Origin: an uncultured virus (IMG/VR IMGVR_UViG_3300045241_000137)
Lineage: Duplodnaviria > Heunggongvirae > Uroviricota > Caudoviricetes
Virus record (IMG/VR): IMGVR_UViG_3300045241_000137
Strand: one strand, 5' to 3'
Length of the DNA stretch: 64,000 nt
The notes below the pieces were generated by a model. It saw nothing but the letters and a program-made list of their open reading frames with translations. It searched no databases and was not told where the DNA came from. Shown here in pieces: positions 48,723-57,449 of the stretch (positions are counted from its first letter, which is position 1; each line of letters starts with the position of its first letter). Both the position numbers and the translations under genes were made by a program.

Positions 48723-49435
48723 GCGACCGCCGCCTTCTCCTGAATCCACCAGTCCCAGTACGCACTCATCCCCCGATCGTACGACGACCACGGCCGCGAG
48801 AAGCCCTGCGTTACGTACTCCTCGGCGAGCGAACGCCACGGCTCGAACGGGAGATGGTCGAGATTAAAAGCGGCGATGTCCGGGTCGATCCAGGCGCACT
48901 GCATCGTCTTGCGCATGAACTGCGTCATCCCGAAATAGCGCTCGTGCTGCGACGGGCGCCGGCGCGTGAAGCAGCGGGTCTTGAACAGGCCTTGCCCGCC
49001 GATGTGCGCGGCGACCTTGAACGCTCGTTTGACGCGAGCCGGCGCGACGGGTTCGGCGAAGCCGGGCTCGAACCCGAGCGCGTCGAGGTGCTGATGTTCG
49101 TCCATCACGGTGAGCATGATTCCGAGCCAGCCGGGCGGGACGATCGTGTCGGAGTCGATCTTGGCGAGGATCTCGGACTTGCAGTGACTGAGGGCGTCGT
49201 TCATGGAGGCGACGGGCCCGCCGAACTGGGCGCGGACGATCTTCGTCTTGACAGGAAGTCCCGCTTCGAGCTGCTCGAGCAGCCACTCGTAGCATCCGTC
49301 TGTCGAGTTGTCGTCGCGGATGTGGAGGGTGCCGACGAGGTTCCAGTCGGTGTTGGCGAGCAGCGTCGAGAACGAGGCCTCGGTGAAGGCTCTACGGTTG
49401 TGCGAGCAAAAGAGGATGTCGCAGGCGGTCATCAC
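48719..49435 (-). CDS. Glycosyltransferase family 2
   Basis: SHNR, DDNSTDG, KIDSD, VPPGWL. Confidence 0.85.
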   Translation of the reverse strand: MMTACDILFCSHNRRAFTEASFSTLLANTDWNLVGTLHIRDDNSTDGCYEWLLEQLEAGLPVKTKIVRAQFGGPVASMNDALSHCKSEILAKIDSDTIVPPGWLGIMLTVMDEHQHLDALGFEPGFAEPVAPARVKRAFKVAAHIGGQGLFKTRCFTRRRPSQHERYFGMTQFMRKTMQCAWIDPDIAAFNLDHLPFEPWRSLAEEYVTQGFSRPWSSYDRGMSAYWDWWIQEKAAVA

Positions 49436-49995
49436 TTCACCTGCTTCGCCAGTTCGAGCATCTGCCTGCGTTCAAGAGAGTGATTTTTCGCGCGGTACAT
49501 GCGGTTGTCGGCCCAGGTGTGCGGCAAATACGTGAACGGCAGATCCACCAGGGAGCGCGGCGTGAGCGCGGTGAAGACGACGTCGCAGGTGCGGCGGAAG
49601 AACTGCTCGTCGGTGTGCGGGTGGCGTGCGCGGAAGCGTGCGAACGCTTTGGCCGGCAGGTCGGCATCGAAGATGGCGCCGAAGCCGACCAAACAGTTGT
49701 CGGTGTAGCGGTCGCGGTATTCGCGCGGCATGTTGGCCGTGACGTGGCCGGGCACGTAGGCCTTGAGCAGAGATTGGATGGAGTCGACCGGAAGTTGCGC
49801 GTCGTCGTCGCAGACGAGCGCGACCGGAGTAACGATTCTCTCGATGGCCTCGTAGCGTCCGTAGACACTCAGGTCTTCTCCGACCGAGTTGTCCCAGATT
49901 CCGACTTCGTCGAACGGGAGGTGCCCGACGACCGGCTCTAGGTCGACGTCTCCTCTCGTCACGACGATCGCTGTCACGTCGCGTGCGTCGATCAT
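49432..49995 (-). CDS. GT-A glycosyltransferase, paralogue of the C-terminal domain of 31221-32756
   Basis: VTRGDVDLEP...LPFDEVGIWDNS...GRY.AI...CDDD. Confidence 0.75.
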   Translation of the reverse strand: MIDARDVTAIVVTRGDVDLEPVVGHLPFDEVGIWDNSVGEDLSVYGRYEAIERIVTPVALVCDDDAQLPVDSIQSLLKAYVPGHVTANMPREYRDRYTDNCLVGFGAIFDADLPAKAFARFRARHPHTDEQFFRRTCDVVFTALTPRSLVDLPFTYLPHTWADNRMYRAKNHSLERRQMLELAKQVK

Positions 49996-50252
49996 CTCTG
50001 CCCGCCGTACAGTCCGTGGGGCGCATAGCCCGTGGAGAGGTACGAGAGTCTTTCGTCGTCGGTCATCACAGGTGGCGCGTCCTCTTTCCGCGACCGATCT
50101 CCTACCTGCGGAACGTCTCCTTCGAGGACAAGCTCGCATTCTCCGCAGTAGCGGATGACCGGCCCGACGATCATGCCGACCTGGGGCTGAACGCAGAGGA
50201 CGTAGTCGAGCATCACGCGATGCCGGCCAAGCAGGCAGCGCAGACGCTTCAT
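49992..50252 (-). CDS. Small hypothetical protein
   Basis: MKRLRCLLGRH...YCGEC. Confidence 0.5.
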   Translation of the reverse strand: MKRLRCLLGRHRVMLDYVLCVQPQVGMIVGPVIRYCGECELVLEGDVPQVGDRSRKEDAPPVMTDDERLSYLSTGYAPHGLYGGQR

Positions 50253-50830
50253 CCGAGCAGCTCGCTCACGGTCACGAACCTGTAGTCGCCGCTCATCGTT
50301 TGGAGAATCTCCTCGACGGCGCGGACGGTGTTGTTCCGATGCGGCGTCTCCTGGTTCCCGTTCGATGCGACCCCGTCGTGCAGACCGACAATGCTCCCGT
50401 CCGCGACCTCGTCGTAGACGGTGTCGGCGATCATCCGGGCGGACCGGTTCACATCGTAGGTCTCGACGGTCGATCGGCAGTACGACAACCCGAGCGTTTC
50501 GGCGGCCTGCGCTGCCTGGCGGGTGACGCGATGCCACGGCGGCCGCCACCAGCGAATGATCGTGTGGCCGTTCAGCATGATCTGCTCGACGGTGTCGGCG
50601 AGCTGCTGCTGGATCTCGGTGGCGCCGAGTTCTTCGACGAGGCGGTGGTCCCAGCCGTGCACGCCGAGCTCGTGGCCTTCGTTGATCGTCCGGCGGATGA
50701 CGTGGTCGTAGCCGCAGTTGACGCCGAGGACGAAGAATGTGGCGTGCGCGTTGTGGACGGCGAGCGCGTCGAGGATCGGCGCTGTCCAGCGGCTAGGGCC
50801 GTCGTCCAGAGTTAACGCGATTCGTTTCAC
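50249..50830 (-). CDS. Polysaccharide deacetylase (NodB/CE4)
   Basis: LTLDDGP, ATFFVLG, HELGVHGWDH, WRPP, IVGLHD. Confidence 0.92.
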   Translation of the reverse strand: MKRIALTLDDGPSRWTAPILDALAVHNAHATFFVLGVNCGYDHVIRRTINEGHELGVHGWDHRLVEELGATEIQQQLADTVEQIMLNGHTIIRWWRPPWHRVTRQAAQAAETLGLSYCRSTVETYDVNRSARMIADTVYDEVADGSIVGLHDGVASNGNQETPHRNNTVRAVEEILQTMSGDYRFVTVSELLG

Positions 50831-51501
50831 GGGGCGCGCTCCGCGATGATCGCGCGCATCTCCGTCGCATTCCCCTGCGCTCCTAGATACCGGGCGGTCA
50901 GCTCGGGGTTGCAGTCTGTCGCGCTCTCGCGCTCGTGGTGCAGATGGAAAACGCTGCCGGGGAACCGTTCGTGCGGCCGGTACAGGGTGTCGAGGGCGGC
51001 GACGGTTGCCTTGTCGATCCAGCCCCATCCTTGCCAGCGCTCGTCGAAGCCGACGATCGTGTCGAGCGCCACCCGTGGCAGCACCCAGATCGGACTGAGC
51101 GAGGTGCGGTGAAAGAGCCGGTCGGGGGCGGCGGGCTGGCTGATCTCGACTTTCGGCGTGTCGACGCTTAACAGGTTCATGGTGTGCCTGGGGTTGAGTT
51201 GGTAGTAGCGGAGCGGGATGAACCATTGGCCGTACTGGGAGAGCTTGATCGCGTCCGCGACGGGCCGGTGGTTGAACGCGACCTCGCTCTCGGTGACGAC
51301 GATCGTGTCGCCGATCGCTTGCTCGAGACACAGGTTCCAGGCGCGTCCTTCGTTGAATGGCTCGCCGGTCTTGCCGCCGTCGTCTGAGACGACGATCTGG
51401 GCGTCGGGGAACGCGTGCGTCCAGCGCTGGCGCATCCACGCCCAGATGCGGTCGCGCTCGCCGCCGTCGGAGCGGAACGGGACGAGGATCGAGATGCTCA
51501 C
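50827..51501 (-). CDS. Glycosyltransferase (GT2/GT7-like)
   Basis: ILVPFRSDGGER, GFDERWQGWGWID, FHLHH. Confidence 0.85.
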   Translation of the reverse strand: MSISILVPFRSDGGERDRIWAWMRQRWTHAFPDAQIVVSDDGGKTGEPFNEGRAWNLCLEQAIGDTIVVTESEVAFNHRPVADAIKLSQYGQWFIPLRYYQLNPRHTMNLLSVDTPKVEISQPAAPDRLFHRTSLSPIWVLPRVALDTIVGFDERWQGWGWIDKATVAALDTLYRPHERFPGSVFHLHHERESATDCNPELTARYLGAQGNATEMRAIIAERAP

Positions 51502-51944
51502 AGCTTCAGCCCCTCGATCGCGAACACCTTTGGAGGCGCCCCGTGCCACTGCTGGATCAGGCTGTCGTCACGGAAATGCGAGAACCCCGGTGCGACATCC
51601 TCGACGGTTAGGTCGACCATTTCCAGGTGCACTCGGACGAGCGACCTTGACGTCAACGTGACCGCGTCGTGGAAGCCGCCGTAGCGGGAGCTGCGCCGGT
51701 CGTCGGTGGCGTCTTCGGTGATCCTGATCACGCCTCCCGGCTTGAGGACACGCGCGAACTCCTCGAACACGTCGGGCCAGTCGGGCAGCGGGACCATCAT
51801 CAGTGCGTGCGACACGGTGATCGCTTCGACAGTCGCGTCCGGCGCGAACGGCAGGCCGTCCGTGAACGTCCATCCGTCGTAGGTGGGGTCGAGGTTCTCG
51901 AACCCGTCCAACGGGTGCGCGCCGGCGCCGAGGTTGAGCTTCAC
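51498..51944 (-). CDS. Class I SAM-dependent methyltransferase
   Basis: KLNLGAG...NLD...LPF...SHAL...RVLKPGG. Confidence 0.85.
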   Translation of the reverse strand: MKLNLGAGAHPLDGFENLDPTYDGWTFTDGLPFAPDATVEAITVSHALMMVPLPDWPDVFEEFARVLKPGGVIRITEDATDDRRSSRYGGFHDAVTLTSRSLVRVHLEMVDLTVEDVAPGFSHFRDDSLIQQWHGAPPKVFAIEGLKL

Positions 51945-52014
51945 CTGAGCACCCAGGCCATGATGTGCCAGACAGCGACGATGTAGACCGCGGCCGCGAA
52001 CGAGGCCACAATGG

Positions 52015-52776
52015 TCACCTTCGCGGCCAGTTCCCGATCGGCCGCACCCGCGGCCGCGTCGCGCCCGGTGTCTCCTTCGCCAGAGGCCAGGCAGCGGTCG
52101 GGTTCCACATCCGGCGCCGCGACAAAAAAAGGTGCCGGTCGTGGCCGGCGTAGCGCATCCCTTTCTGGTAGGTGAGGTCGCGCTTGATGCTCCGGTCGAA
52201 CGTCGGATGACGGTGCTCGACGAGCGAGTCCGGTGCTGCGACGAACTGGCCGCGCGAGATCGCCGTCTCGCAGAACTCCACGTCGACCGAGTTGTGCATG
52301 TACGCGTGGTGCAGCACCTCGTTCGGGTTGTCGATCGTCCCGAACGGGACGTAGTTGCGGTGCAGCAGCGGGTGCGTGGCGTGCTTGCCCGCCTTCACAA
52401 GCGGGTTCACCATGTCGTTCGTTCCGACCACCAGACAGCCGGTGCGGATGTGGGCGTTCAGGGCGGCGCGGAACCAGCCGGGATGAAACGACAGGTCGTC
52501 TGCGGCCAGCAGGATCCAGTCGCTCGAGGTCGTGCGGATGCCGCGGTTCATCTTGCGGGTGTAGTCGCGCGGACTGTTCGGCCACGGAACGATCTCGTGC
52601 CAGAGGCCGCGCGCGGCCAGTTCCGCGATCTCGCCGGCGTCCTCGGGGTTAACCAGGAACAGCATCGACGCCTCCACGTTCTCGCCGGCCAGCGACGCCT
52701 CGAACGACGCGACCAAAGGCCCAATGTTCTGCGGACGGGCGAGGACCGGGACGAGCGCGACGAGCGTTGGTGTCAC
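52015..52776 (-). CDS. Glycosyltransferase family 2
   Basis: LVPVLARP, KMNRG, LAADDL.FHPGW, VGTND, HNSVDVEF, VEHRHP. Confidence 0.8.
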   Translation of the reverse strand: MTPTLVALVPVLARPQNIGPLVASFEASLAGENVEASMLFLVNPEDAGEIAELAARGLWHEIVPWPNSPRDYTRKMNRGIRTTSSDWILLAADDLSFHPGWFRAALNAHIRTGCLVVGTNDMVNPLVKAGKHATHPLLHRNYVPFGTIDNPNEVLHHAYMHNSVDVEFCETAISRGQFVAAPDSLVEHRHPTFDRSIKRDLTYQKGMRYAGHDRHLFLSRRRMWNPTAAWPLAKETPGATRPRVRPIGNWPRR

Positions 52777-52787
52777 GGACGGTGACG

Positions 52788-53846
52788 TTAGGAACTCGCT
52801 CGGACGAGCGGCAAACCGACAGGGACGAGAGCGTTGTGGCGGAACGGCGTGTAGTCGACGTGGTGTTGCGGGCGCCCCCACTTCTCACTGACGGTCACGA
52901 CATCCGGGTGCTGCGCGAGCAGCGACTCCGCCATCGCAAGGCGACCGTCATCGGCGTACAGCTCATCGGTGTTGCCGCCGCTCATGTGCATCGTCTCGAC
53001 CTTGTGGGCCTGATAGGCGTTGAGCAAGACGGTCACCCACCCGGCCTTCAACACTCGCAACGAAAGGTCGGTGTCCTCGTTGTAGCGTCCGCGCCAGCGG
53101 AATGGCAACGCGTGATTGATCAGGATGCACGAGTAGACCCGCGTGTTCAGACGATAGGGCGGAAGATCCGGGTGGGCACCATCCGCGAATCCCCGGTACT
53201 GCAAACCAGCCAATCCGACATTCTCATACCGATCGACGAAGTTCTCACAGGGAATGAAAGGGTTTTCGTCCTTGATGATGCTCGTGCGGTTGTGGTTCAA
53301 TCGAGCGAAGTCCTCGATGTTGTCGTCGAGAATCCAGTGGCGCGCTGCACCCGACTCGACCGCGTGGTCCCAGACCCAGTTCCGCGCCGGGATCGAACCT
53401 TGTCCGAGATCGCCGAACGGGAGTAAAAGAATCTTCTCCTCGTCCACGTGCTCCGCATACAGATCGCGCTCCTGCGGCTCGACAACAATCCGGTAAGCGA
53501 TCCCCAACTTGTCTAGGGCAACGTACGTCAGCCGATTCCAGAAACCAGCCGGCCTGCCCTTCGAGATGATGTAAATCGGGTAACGATTCGGCAAAACCTT
53601 CTCCGGTTCAAACTCACGAACCCACCCGTCCGTCGGTGTCTTCTTGAACGGATACCACAATCCACGCTGCCTGCCAGGGTTATGACAGCCAACGAGCTCA
53701 AGAAACGCGTGCCGATCCTCAACGGTCCGAAAATAGACGCGAAGCGAACCGCCATGCGGTCGCTCATCACCCTGAACGAACTCGGGCATGCCCTCCCAGT
53801 GCTCGACCCACGAAGGATCGACATCGAAAAGGCGACTCTCGCTCAC
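52788..53846 (-). CDS. GREB1-like / TET-associated glycosyltransferase (putative DNA-base glycosylase-transferase) with N-terminal partner domain
   Basis: YPIYIISKGR, VVEPQE, ARNWVWDH, HWILDDNI, VYSCILI, RGRYNEDTDLSLR, GGNT. N-terminal WEGMPEF...WYP module. Confidence 0.8.
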   Translation of the reverse strand: MSESRLFDVDPSWVEHWEGMPEFVQGDERPHGGSLRVYFRTVEDRHAFLELVGCHNPGRQRGLWYPFKKTPTDGWVREFEPEKVLPNRYPIYIISKGRPAGFWNRLTYVALDKLGIAYRIVVEPQERDLYAEHVDEEKILLLPFGDLGQGSIPARNWVWDHAVESGAARHWILDDNIEDFARLNHNRTSIIKDENPFIPCENFVDRYENVGLAGLQYRGFADGAHPDLPPYRLNTRVYSCILINHALPFRWRGRYNEDTDLSLRVLKAGWVTVLLNAYQAHKVETMHMSGGNTDELYADDGRLAMAESLLAQHPDVVTVSEKWGRPQHHVDYTPFRHNALVPVGLPLVRASS

Positions 53847-54058
53847 ACGTCCCCGTCAAGAACACGGCGTGCATACGCAGCCATCTGCTCCGCGTCCCGT
53901 CCGTTCGCGCGCGCCGAGCGATTCGGCGAGGCTAGATGTTCCAGGGCGTCACGCAACGCCAGGTAATCCTGGGCCATGAGCGAGACGGCGCCCGGCGCTT
54001 GCGTGTCGGCCCACTCCTCCGCGAGCTCGACGATCTGCTGCCTGGTCTTCTCGCTCAC
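53843..54058 (-). CDS. Small hypothetical protein
   Basis: 71-aa helical ORF coupled to the terminase stop. Confidence 0.55.
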   Translation of the reverse strand: MSEKTRQQIVELAEEWADTQAPGAVSLMAQDYLALRDALEHLASPNRSARANGRDAEQMAAYARRVLDGDV

Positions 54059-55686
54059 CGGATCGCCTGCAACGAGCCCTGCTCCACAGACCCGCCCCTT
54101 GCCCTGCCCAACCTGGCGTGTGCCTTCCGTCCGGCGCCGCGCGACCAGATCACCGCCTGCGTGAACGCATCGACGTCGTCGTCATGCTCCGCGTTCGGGA
54201 ACGCCGCCGCCTGGTCGATCAACTGCTGCGTGAAATCAGGGGTGCCCATCGGGTCGTAAAACGAAGGAAGCGACGGGTTCGCCATGCCCGGCACCCACAC
54301 GTTCTTCCCCTCCAGCGCCGGCTCCGCAGCCTCCGCGCGCGCGACCTTGGAGGCGTCGCTGTTGAACGGGATGATCCCCCTGAGTTCGCGTTGCAGTTCG
54401 AGGATGATGTCGGGGCCGTTCGTCTTGTTCTCGATCAGGATCGAGTGCGGAGTGTGCTGCCATTCCTTGTCGACCCATCCGGACAGGTCACGGATCGCCT
54501 GCTTCGTCTTCGACAGGCTCATCCGTTCTTTCCTGACCGCGAGCAGATACATGTTCGGTCCCGACAACCCCCAGAGCTGGCCGACGACGAAGTCGTTGAC
54601 CGACCGGTCCTTGAACGCCGTGTCCCACGACTGCACAAGCCGGTGAAACCTGGGCAGGTGCTGGCGTTGCCCATCATCAAGCCACCAGCGCGGAAAGAAC
54701 TGCCAGTGCGAGCGCTTCAGGATCGCGCCCTCCCGCGCCGAAGGCCGCTGCTGCAACTGTCCCGCAGCCCTGAACGACGCCAACGTCTTCGCCAACGCGT
54801 CCGACGACCGGGCCGACCGGCGTGCCGGACACAGCAGTTCGCCCTCCTGCTCGCGCGCGTCCCCCAGGATCACCCGTCCCGAAGGCAACCGCACCTTCGG
54901 CGGCGTGACCAACGGATGCCTGGCCTCGTACCGCTCCGGCAAACACAGCACCTCCCACTCGTCCGGCGACTTCTCCAACACATGCCCGATCAAGTCCTTT
55001 TCGTGCAAGCGCTGCGCGATGATCACCTCGCAACCCGCCTCCGGGTCCTTGTAACGGTGCGGCAGAGACCCGTCATGGAACTCGATCACCTGCTCACGAT
55101 CCTTGTTCGACAAAATCTCCGCCGCGTCGTGCGGATCGTCGATCACGATCACATCCGCATGCTGGCCCGTCGCGCCAGACATCGGGGTCGCCATCCGCGA
55201 CCCGCCCCGGTTGTTCGAGAAACGATTGCGCGCGTTCTCGTCCTCGCGCAACACAAACTTCTTGCCCCACCGCTGCTGAAACCACGACGACAAAATCAGC
55301 ATCCGCGACAGCGCCGCGAACTTCTCCGCCAGCTCCCGCTTGTACGAACACGTCAAATGCCCCCTAGACGGCCTGGACGTCCACTCCCACGCCGGAAAAC
55401 ACACCGACGCCACCGTCGACTTCGTCATCCCAGGCGGAAGACAGATCACCAGCCGTCGGATCTCGCCCGACGACACCGCCTCCAGATGCTCGCAGACAGC
55501 GTCGATATGCCAGCCCGCCGTCAGCGGCTTCCCATCGTCGTAGAGCGGCACCCCCGACCACGCGTTCTGCACGAACAACCGCAGCGACCCCGACCACTCC
55601 AGCGCCTGCTCCTCAAACGCCTGCCCACGCTGCATCCGCTCCACCGCCGCAACCGCCTCCGCAGCCGTCAAAATCCCCGCGGCCAT
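54055..55686 (-). CDS. terL: Terminase large subunit
   Basis: PPGMTKS (Walker A), VIVIDDPH (Walker B), AQRLHEKDL, LQQRP, SWDTAFK, IENKTNG, FPNAEHDDDVDAFTQA. Confidence 0.95.
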   Translation of the reverse strand: MAAGILTAAEAVAAVERMQRGQAFEEQALEWSGSLRLFVQNAWSGVPLYDDGKPLTAGWHIDAVCEHLEAVSSGEIRRLVICLPPGMTKSTVASVCFPAWEWTSRPSRGHLTCSYKRELAEKFAALSRMLILSSWFQQRWGKKFVLREDENARNRFSNNRGGSRMATPMSGATGQHADVIVIDDPHDAAEILSNKDREQVIEFHDGSLPHRYKDPEAGCEVIIAQRLHEKDLIGHVLEKSPDEWEVLCLPERYEARHPLVTPPKVRLPSGRVILGDAREQEGELLCPARRSARSSDALAKTLASFRAAGQLQQRPSAREGAILKRSHWQFFPRWWLDDGQRQHLPRFHRLVQSWDTAFKDRSVNDFVVGQLWGLSGPNMYLLAVRKERMSLSKTKQAIRDLSGWVDKEWQHTPHSILIENKTNGPDIILELQRELRGIIPFNSDASKVARAEAAEPALEGKNVWVPGMANPSLPSFYDPMGTPDFTQQLIDQAAAFPNAEHDDDVDAFTQAVIWSRGAGRKAHARLGRARGGSVEQGSLQAIR

Positions 55687-55997
55687 CAGCCGACCAGCCT
55701 CGAACAAGGGTTCGAGTCCGCGCGGCTCTCGTAGAACTCACGGACGTCTTCGTAGACCACCCACGGCGCGATCCAGATCGCCAGTCGTTCGCGCAGCCGC
55801 TCGACCCACCTCATGTCTTCGGCCTCGTAGACCAAGTTCGAGACCGGGCGACACAAAACGCCCGTTGCCGGTGCGGTACTAGATGTGAGAGTAGAACTCT
55901 CAAAGCGCGAGGTTCGTCTACTCGTCGCGGCACTCGAACAGCCGTCGTGTTGCGACCCGGCGGCGGCGAGGCTGTACGAGAAACTCGCCGCGCTCAT
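55686..55997 (-). CDS. Small hypothetical ORF, probably two cassettes fused (second start MRWVERL at 55814)
   Basis: One extra base in the internal repeat copy puts the two parts in frame. Confidence 0.45.
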   Translation of the reverse strand: MSAASFSYSLAAAGSQHDGCSSAATSRRTSRFESSTLTSSTAPATGVLCRPVSNLVYEAEDMRWVERLRERLAIWIAPWVVYEDVREFYESRADSNPCSRLVG

Positions 55998-56353
55998 CCG
56001 TTCGGCCTCGTAGACCAGTTCGAATCCGAACGGCTGGTCGACTCCGCCAGGAATCGGTGCTGCCACCATTCCGGCGAGTGGTAGTGCGTGAAGTCGCCCT
56101 GGGTCATGGCGCCACAGATCGGCCCCCACAAAGCGCGGGGCTGGCTGCACCCGTTACACCACTGCTGGGCGAGTGCCGCGTTCAACTGGTCGGCTGTCAC
56201 GCGTCACGCCTCGTAGACCAGATCGAAACCGGGCGGCGAGTCAGCGAGCCGGGCGAAACAGTCCGAAGGGGATCCGCTGTCCCGTCACCCGCCTCTGCCC
56301 GCATCCGCGGGTCACCCAGCTCGCTCACCCGCCTCGAAGACCAGTACGAGACC
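55697..56353. repeat. Five dispersed ~24-bp dyad repeats, core GCCTCGWA-GACCAG-TWCGAR
   Basis: Copies start at 55697, 55822, 56005, 56208 and 56331. Confidence 0.85.
55994..56200 (-). CDS. Small hypothetical protein (CxxC)
   Basis: VTADQLNAALAQQWCNGC...SNWSTRPNG; GTGA/ATGA overlaps. Confidence 0.5.
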   Translation of the reverse strand: MTADQLNAALAQQWCNGCSQPRALWGPICGAMTQGDFTHYHSPEWWQHRFLAESTSRSDSNWSTRPNG

Positions 56354-56364
56354 AAACAACTCAA
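56197..56364 (-). CDS. Small hypothetical ORF
   Basis: LSCLVSYWSSRR...RPVSIWSTRRDA; overlaps both neighbours. Confidence 0.35.
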   Translation of the reverse strand: MSCLVSYWSSRRVSELGDPRMRAEAGDGTADPLRTVSPGSLTRRPVSIWSTRRDA

Positions 56365-56546
56365 CGCTTCTCCGGCACAAACCGAAGCCCACCCACACGC
56401 ACCTCCGGCACCCCAAACGCCAACGACGCACGCTCCACCGCAACCTCCACCGCACCGCTACGAGACACACCCTCACTCCTGGCGAGCTTGTCCAACGACC
56501 TAATCGTCCGCTCACTCAACGACACACCAATCGAACGCTTCGTCAT
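56361..56546 (-). CDS. CopG/ribbon-helix-helix regulator
   Basis: SIGVSLSERTIRSLDKLARSEGVSRSGAVEVAV. Confidence 0.78.
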   Translation of the reverse strand: MTKRSIGVSLSERTIRSLDKLARSEGVSRSGAVEVAVERASLAFGVPEVRVGGLRFVPEKR

Positions 56547-56935
56547 ACCGGAGAGTCCTGCAAAGCCTTCAACCCCTGAACAATGTGCAGGCCCAACATC
56601 CGATACTCCGCCGCCTGCTCCTCCGACGGCGGATCGCCCTCATAACCGCCGATCGCCTGCAACGTATCGCAACCCGAACACGAGCCGTACCACACCTTCA
56701 CATACCAGTAATCAGACGGCTGATAGCCCGTCGCGCCGACCACGAACAGCAACGTCCCCTGATAGTGCCCATCGTCGATTGTATGGACACGCTGCGGATC
56801 CGGCCCATCACCCAAATCGGGATTGACAACCTCCGCCACCGTCCGCACAACCTCCTCATAGCTCACAGGATGCTTCTCCGCAAACAAAGACGCCTGCGCA
56901 GCGATGTACCGATCAACGAACTCCTGAATCACCAC
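56543..56935 (-). CDS. Hypothetical phage protein
   Basis: DDGHYQGTLLF...YGSCSGCDTLQ; first gene after the promoter. Confidence 0.7.
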   Translation of the reverse strand: MVIQEFVDRYIAAQASLFAEKHPVSYEEVVRTVAEVVNPDLGDGPDPQRVHTIDDGHYQGTLLFVVGATGYQPSDYWYVKVWYGSCSGCDTLQAIGGYEGDPPSEEQAAEYRMLGLHIVQGLKALQDSPV

Positions 56936-56938
56936 ACC

Positions 56939-56968
56939 ACCCTACACACCATCACAGAAACCTGTCAA
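56939..56968 (-). promoter_or_regulatory. SigA-like promoter for the terminase operon
   Basis: TTGACA (56968-56963)-N18-TAGGGT (56944-56939), with a T-tract upstream; GTG start a few nt downstream. Confidence 0.7.
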
Positions 56969-56994
56969 GCAAAAAACTGCTAGAAAAAGTTTGT

Positions 56995-57025
56995 GGCAGG
57001 AAGGGGGTCGCGCCCCCTTCCTGCC
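56995..57025. terminator. Perfect 13-bp inverted repeat (terminator or boundary element)
   Basis: GGCAGGAAGGGGG-TCGCG-CCCCCTTCCTGCC; T-rich tract about 7 nt downstream on the minus strand. Confidence 0.6.
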
Positions 57026-57197
57026 GCCTCCGGCGTCGAACGGCGCACGGTCTCGGGCGTCGACGTCGCGCCGGTCTCGCCGATCGCGCGGCGCCGGCCG
57101 TGCACGGCGCGCGCTCGAGCTGCTAGCGAAAGTAACCCGCACGGCCTAGCAGGTTTATGCTACGCTCGCGCGGTCAAGTGTTCCCAACCGTTAGGGG

Positions 57198-57449
57198 ATG
57201 AGTCATGTTCGGTTTGTGTTTGCTCGTGCTCGTGGTGTTGGCACCACTCGTGCTAGTGGTGTTCGGGATGTGGCGAGCGGTGTCGTCGTGAACTGCGCGC
57301 GTTGCGGCTATCCGCCCGATTGGCATTCTGAGGATAACGGCGCGTGCCCGGACGACGATTGCCCGCGTCCGGATAGTGCAGCGGCGCCGGTTAGGTGGTC
57401 GCCGATGGTAAAGCCGGACCTAGACGATTACGACGGATTCGTCCGATGA
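57198..57449 (+). CDS. Small Cys-rich hypothetical protein
   Basis: CARCGYPPDWH...ACPDDDC; true start may be GTG 57288. Confidence 0.45.
   Translation: MSHVRFVFARARGVGTTRASGVRDVASGVVVNCARCGYPPDWHSEDNGACPDDDCPRPDSAAAPVRWSPMVKPDLDDYDGFVR

Noticed and set aside
55697..56030. GGTTCGAGTCC / GTTCGAATCC as tRNA T-loops
   Set aside because: No T-stem, acceptor stem or cloverleaf can be formed; they are arms of the dyad repeat.
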